A stretch of 54,064 nt of DNA, taken from Flavobacteriaceae bacterium (GTDB taxonomy: Bacteria; Bacteroidota; Bacteroidia; Flavobacteriales; Flavobacteriaceae). Positions 10,000 through 18,593 of the stretch are shown here, piece by piece. Made by a program: the position numbers and the translations under genes. The stretch's first letter is position 1. Each line of letters starts with the position of its first letter. Below the pieces are notes generated by a model. It was not told where the DNA came from, did not search any database, and saw nothing but the letters and a program-made list of their open reading frames with translations. The stretch lies in contig JAQWON010000011.1 in NCBI GenBank assembly GCA_029245825.1, forward strand, positions 1 to 54,064. The letters run 5' to 3'.

Positions 10000-10716
10000 A
10001 TGTATAAATACTATTCATCATCAAAGACTTTACTTGATGAAATTGTAGAAAAAAATCGCTCAAAAATTGATCAGGCATCTAAGCTTTTAAGTCAATGTAT
10101 TTGCAATGATAATTTGATCCACACTTTTGGGACAGGTCACTCTCATGTAATAGGGCTTGAACTTTTTGTCAGAGCTGGGGGGTTAGCTAATGTTAATTCT
10201 TTTTTAGATTCCTCTGTTATGACCTCTGAAGGCTCACGAAGAAGTGCTGAAATAGAGAGAATTGAGGGTTACTCAAAAATTATCTGGGATCAGCATAAAA
10301 TTGAAAAAGGAGATGTTTTTATAATTATTTCAAACTCTGGCAGGAATGCCATGCCTATTGAAATTGCAATGCTTGCAAAAGAAAAAGGCTTAAAAGTAAT
10401 TGGAATAACTTCTATTGAACAATCAAAAAAATATCCTTCCAGACATAGCAGTAATAAAAAATTATACGATCTTGCTGACATTGTTATAGATAATTGCGTT
10501 CCTTCAGGAGATGGTATGCTCAATATTGGGGGCAATAAAACTGGGGCAGCATCAACATTGTCAGGAACCTTCATTGTGAATCTAATTTCAACTGAAGCAA
10601 TGCTTTTAGCAAATGAAAAGGGAATTAAGTTGCCAATTTATTATAGCCAAAACATTGATGGATATAGCAATGAAGAACTTTATAACAAGTATGAGAATAG
10701 AATAAAGCATTTATGA
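10000..10716 (+). CDS. UPF0309 SIS-domain sugar-phosphate protein
   Basis: FGTGHSH, RAGGL, IISNSGRN, SRHSS, SQNIDG motifs. Confidence 0.85.
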   Translation: MYKYYSSSKTLLDEIVEKNRSKIDQASKLLSQCICNDNLIHTFGTGHSHVIGLELFVRAGGLANVNSFLDSSVMTSEGSRRSAEIERIEGYSKIIWDQHKIEKGDVFIIISNSGRNAMPIEIAMLAKEKGLKVIGITSIEQSKKYPSRHSSNKKLYDLADIVIDNCVPSGDGMLNIGGNKTGAASTLSGTFIVNLISTEAMLLANEKGIKLPIYYSQNIDGYSNEELYNKYENRIKHL

Positions 10717-10732
10717 AACTTTAACTTTAGAA

Positions 10733-11344
10733 ATGAAAAAATTATTTTATCAATTATCCTTAATCACTATTTTTTTAACATTTAGCGCTATTAGCTACTC
10801 CCAATCCTACACTCCTTTATTTAACGGTAAAGATTTGAGTGGATGGACAATTCATGGAGAAGAAAAATGGTATGTCGATGATGGAAAAATAATATGTGAA
10901 AGTGGGCCTAAAAAAGAGTATGGATATCTATCAACAATTGATCATTACGATGATTTTGAATTAAGTCTAGATTTTAAACAAGATGCTGATGGTAACAGCG
11001 GTGTTTTTTTTAGATCAACTCTTGAAGGAACAAAAATTACTGGCTGGCAAGCCGAGGTTGCTCCTCCAGGCAATCACACGGGCGGAATATATGAGTCCTA
11101 TGGGAGAGGGTGGTTAATAAAACCTGATCCTGAAAAAGATAGGGCTCTTAAAATGGGGGATTGGAATAACCTTAAAGTTAAAGTCATAGGTTCAAAAGTG
11201 ATAACATATTTGAACGGTACTGAAATGATAGAAATAGAGGATGAAAAAATTGGTGAAGGAAAAGGGTCAATAGCTCTTCAAATTCATGATGGCGGAGGAA
11301 TAAAAGTAAGTTGGAAAAATATTAAAATAAAAGTTTTAAAATAG
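10733..11344 (+). CDS. DUF1080 (3-keto-glycoside hydrolase/lyase/hydratase family), secreted
   Basis: Signal peptide; LFNGKDLSGW, GNSGVFFR, GGIYES, GSIALQIH. Confidence 0.92.
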   Translation: MKKLFYQLSLITIFLTFSAISYSQSYTPLFNGKDLSGWTIHGEEKWYVDDGKIICESGPKKEYGYLSTIDHYDDFELSLDFKQDADGNSGVFFRSTLEGTKITGWQAEVAPPGNHTGGIYESYGRGWLIKPDPEKDRALKMGDWNNLKVKVIGSKVITYLNGTEMIEIEDEKIGEGKGSIALQIHDGGGIKVSWKNIKIKVLK

Positions 11345-11355
11345 ACATAAATATT

Positions 11356-12105
11356 ATGCGAACAATTAAAACAAACACAAGAATTTTGTCAATATTAACA
11401 TTCCTATTGGGAATCACATTTTTATTTGAAGGTTGTAAAGAAAAGAAGCCCTCAAACGCTGAAAATGAATGGATAAATCTTTTTGACGGTAAAACAATTG
11501 ATGGGTGGAGAGTGTATAATGGAGATAAAATATCAAAAAAATGGGCCGTTATTGATGGAAATCTAACTTTTGATACTAAGCTAAAATTGGAAGATGAATT
11601 TTCTGGAGGTGGGGATATAATATACTACAAGGAAGAATTTGGAAATTTTGAATTGTATGTTGAGTGGAAACTACCTAAAGGAGGCAACAGTGGAATACTA
11701 TATCATGTGAAAGAAGGGTACAATAGTCCCTTTGATGTTTCTCCTGAATATCAGCTGCTTGATGATGATGGCTGGGAAGAAATCAATAATGCCAAACTTG
11801 AAGAGTGGCAAAAAGCAGGAGCTGATTACGCTATGTACACACCAGATAATGAAAAGAAAAAGCTAAATCCTGCGGGAGAGTGGAATTCATCTAAAATAGT
11901 CTATACAGAAAAAAAAGTTGAACACTGGTTAAATGGAGAATTAATTCTCTCCTTTGTTCCTTATTCTGAAGATTGGTATCAAAGGAAGAATTCTGGGAAG
12001 TGGAAAGACTACCCCAATTACAAAAAATTTAAAAAAGGTTACATTGCCCTTCAAGACCATGATAGTCCAATATGGTTTAAAACTATAAAATTAAGACCTC
12101 TTTAG
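11356..12105 (+). CDS. DUF1080 family lipoprotein
   Basis: Lipobox FEGC; LFDGKTIDGW, GNSGILY, PEYQLLDD, GYIALQDH. Confidence 0.92.
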   Translation: MRTIKTNTRILSILTFLLGITFLFEGCKEKKPSNAENEWINLFDGKTIDGWRVYNGDKISKKWAVIDGNLTFDTKLKLEDEFSGGGDIIYYKEEFGNFELYVEWKLPKGGNSGILYHVKEGYNSPFDVSPEYQLLDDDGWEEINNAKLEEWQKAGADYAMYTPDNEKKKLNPAGEWNSSKIVYTEKKVEHWLNGELILSFVPYSEDWYQRKNSGKWKDYPNYKKFKKGYIALQDHDSPIWFKTIKLRPL

Positions 12106-12156
12106 CTTTATTTGAAAACTCTATAGTGCTATAAAAAAAATTATTGTAATAAATTA

Positions 12157-12184
12157 TTGCCAAATCTAAATTATTATAAATTTG
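12157..12184 (+). promoter_or_regulatory. Bacteroidota sigma70-type promoter (-33/-7)
   Basis: TTG at 12157-12159, 17-nt spacer, TAAATTTG at 12177-12184 (consensus TAnnTTTG); supports a start at ATG 12193 or 12205. Confidence 0.55.
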
Positions 12185-12192
12185 TAACAATT

Positions 12193-14439
12193 ATGAGTAA
12201 GACAATGCGAAAGAAATTTATAGTTATTCTGTTTTTAATATCTTTTTTCTCATCTGCTCAAAAAGAATACTCCCTTAGCAAAATATCTCCAGATAAAATT
12301 AAATTAGACGGGGTAGTTAATATGACTGAATGGGGAGATGCGGTTCAAATTCCACTAATCTTCGAACAGTTTCCTGGTAATAATACAAAAGCTGAAAGAA
12401 ATACTGTTGCATATCTTACTTATTCAGATGAATTTCTCTTTGTTGCATTTATTTCTTTTATTGATCCAGATACAGAGGTTAGAGGATCTATAAGGCCCCG
12501 GGATAATATGAGTGTTTGGAATGATGACATGTTCATTATTAGTTTTGACCCTTTTAAAGATGCGAGAAATAATTTTGTTCTTTCATCAAACTCTCTAGGG
12601 AGTCAGTTTGACCTTCGGATGTTAAATGCTACTGATGACAGGGGCAAATACGACTCAAGTTTTAACGCAAACTTTGTCTCGGTCGGATCCATTACTGAGG
12701 ATAGATATCAGGTAGAATGGAAAATTCCATTTTCTGAAATTCCTTCTCCAAATGGAGAAAATCAGCAATGGCATTTCAACCTTGGAAACAGATATTATAA
12801 AGACGGGAAAAATATTGAACTAGGAAGTCAGACAATAGATAGGGATAATCCATGTGAAGTATGTCAAACTACAGATATATTAACTCTAAATGATATCAAA
12901 ATAAAAAAACGATTTGGATTACTTCCCTATGTTTCGGCTTCCGTTTCAGGAGAGAGAGAAAACATAGATGATAAAATTGGCTATGAGCCTATTGAAAGAA
13001 GAGTTGGTCTTGGAATAAATATGGACTTCAACAAGACAACATCTCTTGAGGTTACTTTTAATCCAGACTTTTCTCAGGTGGAAGCTGATGTTACAAGAAT
13101 TGACATCAATTCAGCTGTTTCTCTAAGGTATCGGGAAAGAAGGCCTTACTTTAGTCGAGGGACAGATATTGTCCGCTTTAGTGATGGTGCATTTTATTCC
13201 CGATCCATAAGTAATCCATCTATCTCAACAAAATTATTAAGTCAAAATTCTAATAGTAGAATTTTTTTCTTAACTGCCGTTGATCAAGATTCGCCCTATT
13301 TGATTGCCAGCGAAGACAAATCCTATCTAGGGCAGGGAGGTCAGAGCTTTGTAAATGTTTTCAGGTATCAAAGAATAATAAATGATAAAACTCGTGTCGG
13401 AATGTATACATCAAACCGATATTATAAAGATGGAGGATATGGCAATTTGTTTGGAATTGATGGCCTGTTAATATTAAACAAAAAATGGAGATTAAATTAT
13501 GAACTATTTAAAAACTTTAACCAAGAGCCTAATAAAGATTGGATTGATAGCTCAGATAAAATTGGAGATCGCTCAATCATGTTAGATGGAGAACAGTTTA
13601 ATGGAGATGCCATATATCTTACTTTTGAAAGAAATACCGAACATTGGAAAAGTTATTTTACCTATAGAAATATATCTCCTAATTATCAAACGGATGTTGG
13701 ATTTGTTGTCAAAAACAATCGCCGCTGGGCTACCTTTCGTCATATGTATCAAAACATTGTAGACAAAGAAAACCTGAGAAGCTTCGAACTTGGAACAAAA
13801 TTAGATGTAAACTATACTTTCGATAATAACCTAAAAACTATTTCACTAGATGGGGATTTTCAATTTCAAACAATTGGTAATACTGAAATATCATTTACTT
13901 ATGATTGGGATATTTTTAAAAATTTTATGGGTGTTGATTTTAAAAATCTTCCAACTTCAGATCTTAATATAAGAAGTTCCCCAACTGAATTTTTTAATTT
14001 TAATATTTCATATGAATGGGGCAAAGATTTAGCATATAATGAGGAAATTCCTGAAAAGGGAAAACTAAGAACGTTTTCTATTTACACATCATTTCAAATT
14101 AATGAAAATCTAAACATTAATGGATTATTAAATTATTCGGAGCTAAAGAATCTTGAGACGCTTGAAGATTATTTTTCCGGTAATATTTTCAGGCTAACTA
14201 CAAGATATCAGTTTTCAAATTTTTTTAATTTGAGACTCATTGCTGAGAAGAATACTTTTAATAAATCTTTTTTTATTCAACCATTAGTTCAATGGAATCC
14301 TAATCCTTCAACTATATTTTATCTTGGAGGAAATCAAAATACAGATTTAGAAATTGATGAGGAGATTATTCCCCTTCTCAAATTTAGAAGATCACAAATT
14401 TTCTTTAAATTTCAATACCTAATAGGAGTTAAAAAATAA
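12193..14439 (+). CDS. CBM9-like + DUF5916 outer-membrane protein
   Basis: Signal peptide; IKLDG...EW (CBM9-like); NPDFSQVEADV and ERRPYF (DUF5916); aromatic barrel-like C-terminus FFKFQYL. Start moved from TTG 12157 to ATG 12193 (or 12205). Confidence 0.82.
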   Translation: MSKTMRKKFIVILFLISFFSSAQKEYSLSKISPDKIKLDGVVNMTEWGDAVQIPLIFEQFPGNNTKAERNTVAYLTYSDEFLFVAFISFIDPDTEVRGSIRPRDNMSVWNDDMFIISFDPFKDARNNFVLSSNSLGSQFDLRMLNATDDRGKYDSSFNANFVSVGSITEDRYQVEWKIPFSEIPSPNGENQQWHFNLGNRYYKDGKNIELGSQTIDRDNPCEVCQTTDILTLNDIKIKKRFGLLPYVSASVSGERENIDDKIGYEPIERRVGLGINMDFNKTTSLEVTFNPDFSQVEADVTRIDINSAVSLRYRERRPYFSRGTDIVRFSDGAFYSRSISNPSISTKLLSQNSNSRIFFLTAVDQDSPYLIASEDKSYLGQGGQSFVNVFRYQRIINDKTRVGMYTSNRYYKDGGYGNLFGIDGLLILNKKWRLNYELFKNFNQEPNKDWIDSSDKIGDRSIMLDGEQFNGDAIYLTFERNTEHWKSYFTYRNISPNYQTDVGFVVKNNRRWATFRHMYQNIVDKENLRSFELGTKLDVNYTFDNNLKTISLDGDFQFQTIGNTEISFTYDWDIFKNFMGVDFKNLPTSDLNIRSSPTEFFNFNISYEWGKDLAYNEEIPEKGKLRTFSIYTSFQINENLNINGLLNYSELKNLETLEDYFSGNIFRLTTRYQFSNFFNLRLIAEKNTFNKSFFIQPLVQWNPNPSTIFYLGGNQNTDLEIDEEIIPLLKFRRSQIFFKFQYLIGVKK

Positions 14440-14473
14440 TTAAAAAAAATTTTATACTTTTAGTCATCTCACT

Positions 14474-15814
14474 ATGAGAAAAAGAAGGGATTTTTTAAAA
14501 ATTTTCGCCGCTTTTAGCGGATTTTCGTTTATGCCATCATTTGCTTGGTCATCTTCAAATCAGAGGTTTCTTAGAACTGCTCATATTGGAGTTGGGGGAA
14601 TGGGCCTTGAGGATTTAAAAGCTATTTCATCTCATGGTGAAGTTCAAGTTGTTGCCTTATGCGATGTTGATAGTAATGCCTTAAAAAAAGCAAAAGAATT
14701 ATTCCCAAAGGCAGATACATATAAAGACTATAGAAGAATGCTCTCAAGTAATGCAAACAAAATAGATGCCGTAATTGTTTCAACACCTGATCATACTCAT
14801 GCGCCTGCATCTATAATGGCAATGAAAATGGACAAAAATGTTTATTGCCAAAAGCCTCTAACGCATCATGTTTCAGAAGCGCGAACCATGAGCCAATTAG
14901 CAGAAGAAAAAAACTTGGTTACCCAAATGGGTATTCAAGTTCATTCATTTTATGATTACAAACTTGCTACTTTATTGATTCAATCTGGAATAATCGGTAA
15001 AGTTAGTACTGTAAGGGCTTGGTCACCAAAAAATTGGGGATATGATGGCCCAGAACCTGAAGGGGAAGATCCTGTGCCCAAGAATTTAGATTGGAATCTA
15101 TGGCTTGGAACTGCGCCTGATAGACCTTATAAAGATAAAGTTTATCATCCATTCAACTGGAGAAAGCTTGTCGATTACGGATGTGGAACACTAGGTGATA
15201 TGGGGGTTCATATTTTTGATACTCCTTATAATGCTCTTGCTCTTGATGTGCCACTTACGATTAAAAATAGCTGTAGAAAGCCTAATGGTTTTGGATTTCC
15301 TGAAAATAATATAGTAACATATACATTCCCCGGAACACCTTATACAACTGATACTCTTAAATGGATATGGCATGACGGTGCAGATGCTCCCAAATATCAT
15401 AAAGATCTAAAATTACCTAAAAGAGAAAAGCTCCCTCAACAAGGAGCGATGTTTGTTGGAGAAAAAGGAAAATTATTACTTCCTCATTTTATGGAACTGC
15501 CAAGATTAATTGTTAATGGGGAATATAAAGAAATAGATATTACTCCTTTTGAAAAGTCAAAAAAAATTGGTGCTCCGGTTAGAAATTATCAGCAAGAATC
15601 TCCCAAACATTATCATCAATTTGTTGATGCCTGCTTAGATAAAGGGACTTGCACCGCTCCTTTTTCATATTCTGCAAAACTAACTGAAACAATTCTTCTT
15701 GGAGTTATAGCTGGAAGATTTCCAAACAAAACTTTACACTGGGATAAAGAAGCCTCCAAATTTGAGGAATCTGAAGCGAACAAGTATTTAAACTTTGAAT
15801 ACAGAGATTTTTAA
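14474..15814 (+). CDS. Tat-exported Gfo/Idh/MocA NAD(P)-dependent oxidoreductase
   Basis: Tat motif KRRDFLK; Rossmann IGVGGMG; STPDHTH; YCQKPL; LDWNLWLG; LGDMGVH. Confidence 0.93.
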   Translation: MRKRRDFLKIFAAFSGFSFMPSFAWSSSNQRFLRTAHIGVGGMGLEDLKAISSHGEVQVVALCDVDSNALKKAKELFPKADTYKDYRRMLSSNANKIDAVIVSTPDHTHAPASIMAMKMDKNVYCQKPLTHHVSEARTMSQLAEEKNLVTQMGIQVHSFYDYKLATLLIQSGIIGKVSTVRAWSPKNWGYDGPEPEGEDPVPKNLDWNLWLGTAPDRPYKDKVYHPFNWRKLVDYGCGTLGDMGVHIFDTPYNALALDVPLTIKNSCRKPNGFGFPENNIVTYTFPGTPYTTDTLKWIWHDGADAPKYHKDLKLPKREKLPQQGAMFVGEKGKLLLPHFMELPRLIVNGEYKEIDITPFEKSKKIGAPVRNYQQESPKHYHQFVDACLDKGTCTAPFSYSAKLTETILLGVIAGRFPNKTLHWDKEASKFEESEANKYLNFEYRDF

Positions 15815-15852
15815 TCCTAAACTTCAAAATACTTCCTCTTAAAAAATAGAAA

Positions 15853-16215
15853 ATGCTTAAAAAAATAACAATTTTTATAATGTCTTTTTTCTATATATAC
15901 ATCGGCATAAAACATTTTACTGACCCTGATTACTTTTTAGGTATTATGCCTCCCTACCTTAATTGGCATCTAGAACTTGTTTATTTAAGTGGTTTTTTTG
16001 AAGTTATTTTAGGATTGGGGCTGCTGACAAAATATAGAAGACATTCTGCGCTTGGCTTAATTCTGCTTTTAATTGCTGTTTTCCCAGCTAACATTCATTT
16101 AATTATAAGTGAAGAGGCTCAAATGTCAATTGATATAACTAAACAAACAGCAATTATTAGGGCCCCTTTTCAACTTCTTTTTATAGGTTTAGCTTATTGG
16201 CATTCAAAGCCATAA
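15853..16215 (+). CDS. DoxX/MauE-like small membrane protein
   Basis: GIKHF, LVYLSGFFE, AVFPANI, RAPFQ motifs; 4 hydrophobic segments. Confidence 0.75.
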   Translation: MLKKITIFIMSFFYIYIGIKHFTDPDYFLGIMPPYLNWHLELVYLSGFFEVILGLGLLTKYRRHSALGLILLLIAVFPANIHLIISEEAQMSIDITKQTAIIRAPFQLLFIGLAYWHSKP

Positions 16216-16217
16216 TT

Positions 16218-16248
16218 TTTGTTAACTCACATCATAGAATTATATTTG
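16218..16248 (+). promoter_or_regulatory. Bacteroidota sigma70 promoter for the PhzF-family gene
   Basis: Exact consensus TTTG(16218-21)-N19-TATATTTG(16241-48), 14 nt before ATG 16263. Confidence 0.7.
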
Positions 16249-16262
16249 TCTTTTTTAATGAA

Positions 16263-17051
16263 ATGAAATTATACCTATATCAAATTGATGCTTTTACAGA
16301 TAAAGTTTTCGGAGGTAATCCTGCCTGTGTTGTTCCGCTTCATAAATGGTTAGAAGATGAAATACTTTTGAAGATAGCACAAGAAAATGCTGTTTCAGAA
16401 ACTGCGTTTTTCGTTCAAAATGATCATTTTTTTCATTTACGTTGGTTCACCCCTGATATTGAAATGGACCTTTGCGGACATGCAACACTTGCCGCTGCGT
16501 ATGTGATAAAAAAGTATTTAAAATACCCTAAAGATGTTATCCCTTTTAATAGTCTAAGCGGTAAATTAAATGTTCATGCCAATGATGAAAATTTCACTTT
16601 GGACTTTCCTTCAAGAGAACCTGTTAGTTCTGAGTTGCCTTTACTTATTAAAAATTCTCTAAGCATACAGCCGCAAAAAATCCTAAAATCAAGAGATTAC
16701 TTTTTGGTGTATAATAATCAAAAAGAAATTGAAGATATAAAAATAGACCGATCAATAATTGATCAGATAAATCTCGACCCTGGCGGAGTTATTATAACAG
16801 CAAAGGGAGATAATTGTGATTTTGTTTCAAGGTGGTTTGCTCCACAATCAACTATTTTTGAAGATCCTGTAACTGGCTCAGCCCACTGCTCATTAATTCC
16901 ATATTGGAGCAAAGAGTTGAAAAAGAAAAAAATGGAAGCCATGCAGCTTTCATCAAGAAAGGGGAAACTTTTATGTGAGGATAAAGGAGAAAGGGTTCTA
17001 ATCAGCGGGAAAGCCACTACTTACTTTATAGGAAATATTTGGATTGATTAA
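16263..17051 (+). CDS. PhzF/PhzC family epimerase
   Basis: YQIDAF..GGNPA, SETAF, LCGHATLA, EDPVTGSAH. Start moved from 16197 to ATG 16263 because of the promoter and the family N-terminus. Confidence 0.92.
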   Translation: MKLYLYQIDAFTDKVFGGNPACVVPLHKWLEDEILLKIAQENAVSETAFFVQNDHFFHLRWFTPDIEMDLCGHATLAAAYVIKKYLKYPKDVIPFNSLSGKLNVHANDENFTLDFPSREPVSSELPLLIKNSLSIQPQKILKSRDYFLVYNNQKEIEDIKIDRSIIDQINLDPGGVIITAKGDNCDFVSRWFAPQSTIFEDPVTGSAHCSLIPYWSKELKKKKMEAMQLSSRKGKLLCEDKGERVLISGKATTYFIGNIWID

Positions 17052-18561
17052 AATTGCTGTGATAGGAAATAAAAAATTTCTGTTTTTTCTTTTGTCATTG
17101 AATGTCCTTTTTACGAATGGGCAAACTAAATATGTTAAGGTTATAGACTCGTTAACAAAAGATCCTATCCCTTATGCAACTGTTCTTTTTTCAAATAATA
17201 CGGGAATAATAACTGATGATAATGGCAGATTTGAACTGCTAGAAGAGCAATACCTTAATAATGATTCAATTTATGTCTCATTTATTGGATTTAAAACACT
17301 ATCAAGAGAATTATCTAGCCTTAAGGACAGTCTTTTAATTCTTTCTCCAAATCCTATTAAGCTAAATGAAATTGTTTTAACCAACCGGGAATATTCAGCA
17401 GAAGAAATTGTTGGAAAAATACGTGAGAATATCAGCCAAAATTATGAAATCCAAATTTTGGACAATTTACTTTTCTTTGGTCAAAAAGAGTCTAATGAAC
17501 TAAACAGAATAAAGATTTCTAAGTACAAATCTTCGATCAAAGAACTAAACAGAAGTTTTCTTGACAGCATGCTAAGCTCAATGGATAAAAAAAACGAATA
17601 TGCCATAGAAGTTTTAGGTAATTATTCTGGGAGTTTTAAAAAGGAGCAGCAAAAAATAAACCTAATAAAAGCAAGAGAGACCTATAGTCAAGAAAAAGAC
17701 CTAACCGTGCTTGCGCTTGAAGAAAAATTTGAAGAGGCTATTAAAAATAATGTTAAATCAAATTCTTATTTCAAAGTAAAATCAGGAATTTTTGGAGGAG
17801 AAATGGAGAACGAATATATCGATAACCTAAAAGGTGATGTAGATAGCACAGATACTGAAGCTGTTAAAAGAGAGCTCGCTGAGAAAAACAAAAAAGAGAT
17901 GAGAAGGAAACTGAATTTTGCTAAAAATAGAAAGGGTGAGCTAAGATCTATTCTAAATTATTTGTTTTATGCGCCCAAAACCAAATTAAACTTCATAACA
18001 AAATCAAACAGGTATAATTTCACTTTAAATGAAATGACATATTTTGCTAAAGACCCGGTTTACGTCCTTTCTTTTGAACCAAGGTGGGGAGAAGATTATA
18101 AGGGCACGATCTATGTTTCTATGGATGATTTTGCGGTGTTAAGAATGGATTTTGAAAATGTTAAATCTGTCTGGAGCTTTGATTTATTTGGAGTCTCGAT
18201 CGATGCTTATAAGAGATCAGGCCGAATTATTCTGTCAAAAAATAATCAAGGGAAATATTCCCCTAAATATTTTCAGTTCTCAAGCGCAACAAAATTTGCC
18301 GTAGATCGACCCCTAAAGTTTATTGAAAAAAATAAATTCGTTCGAGGCAGAAGAAAACAAAATGAGATATCGATGCGAATAGATCTAGAAACAACAAATC
18401 TCTCTCAGAGAGAGGTTAGAATTTTTAATTCCGAGAATCTCTCTCTCTCAGAATATGATGCCATCAAGGAGAGAAATACTGTCCTTCCAAAATTCCACGA
18501 AAAGTTTACTACTGACTTCTGGGAAGAATTAAAAACCTCTTCCGAAATCCTTCAAGAATAA
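17044..18561 (+). CDS. Carboxypeptidase-regulatory-like domain exported protein
   Basis: VIDSLTKDPIPYATV...TDDNGRF...SFIGF...LNEIV N-domain followed by an uncharacterised region. Confidence 0.75.
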   Translation: MIKIAVIGNKKFLFFLLSLNVLFTNGQTKYVKVIDSLTKDPIPYATVLFSNNTGIITDDNGRFELLEEQYLNNDSIYVSFIGFKTLSRELSSLKDSLLILSPNPIKLNEIVLTNREYSAEEIVGKIRENISQNYEIQILDNLLFFGQKESNELNRIKISKYKSSIKELNRSFLDSMLSSMDKKNEYAIEVLGNYSGSFKKEQQKINLIKARETYSQEKDLTVLALEEKFEEAIKNNVKSNSYFKVKSGIFGGEMENEYIDNLKGDVDSTDTEAVKRELAEKNKKEMRRKLNFAKNRKGELRSILNYLFYAPKTKLNFITKSNRYNFTLNEMTYFAKDPVYVLSFEPRWGEDYKGTIYVSMDDFAVLRMDFENVKSVWSFDLFGVSIDAYKRSGRIILSKNNQGKYSPKYFQFSSATKFAVDRPLKFIEKNKFVRGRRKQNEISMRIDLETTNLSQREVRIFNSENLSLSEYDAIKERNTVLPKFHEKFTTDFWEELKTSSEILQE

Positions 18562-18593
18562 ACTTTTATTTTATTTTTCTTAAATTAACATTT

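Noticed and set aside
16263..17051. Phenazine biosynthesis cluster
   Set aside because: Lone PhzF-family gene with no other phz genes.
18398..18450. CT/GA dinucleotide runs (CTCTCTCAGAGAGAG; TCTCTCTCTCTC)
   Set aside because: Short, inside an intact frame (Leu/Ser/Arg/Glu codons); no evidence of phase variation.
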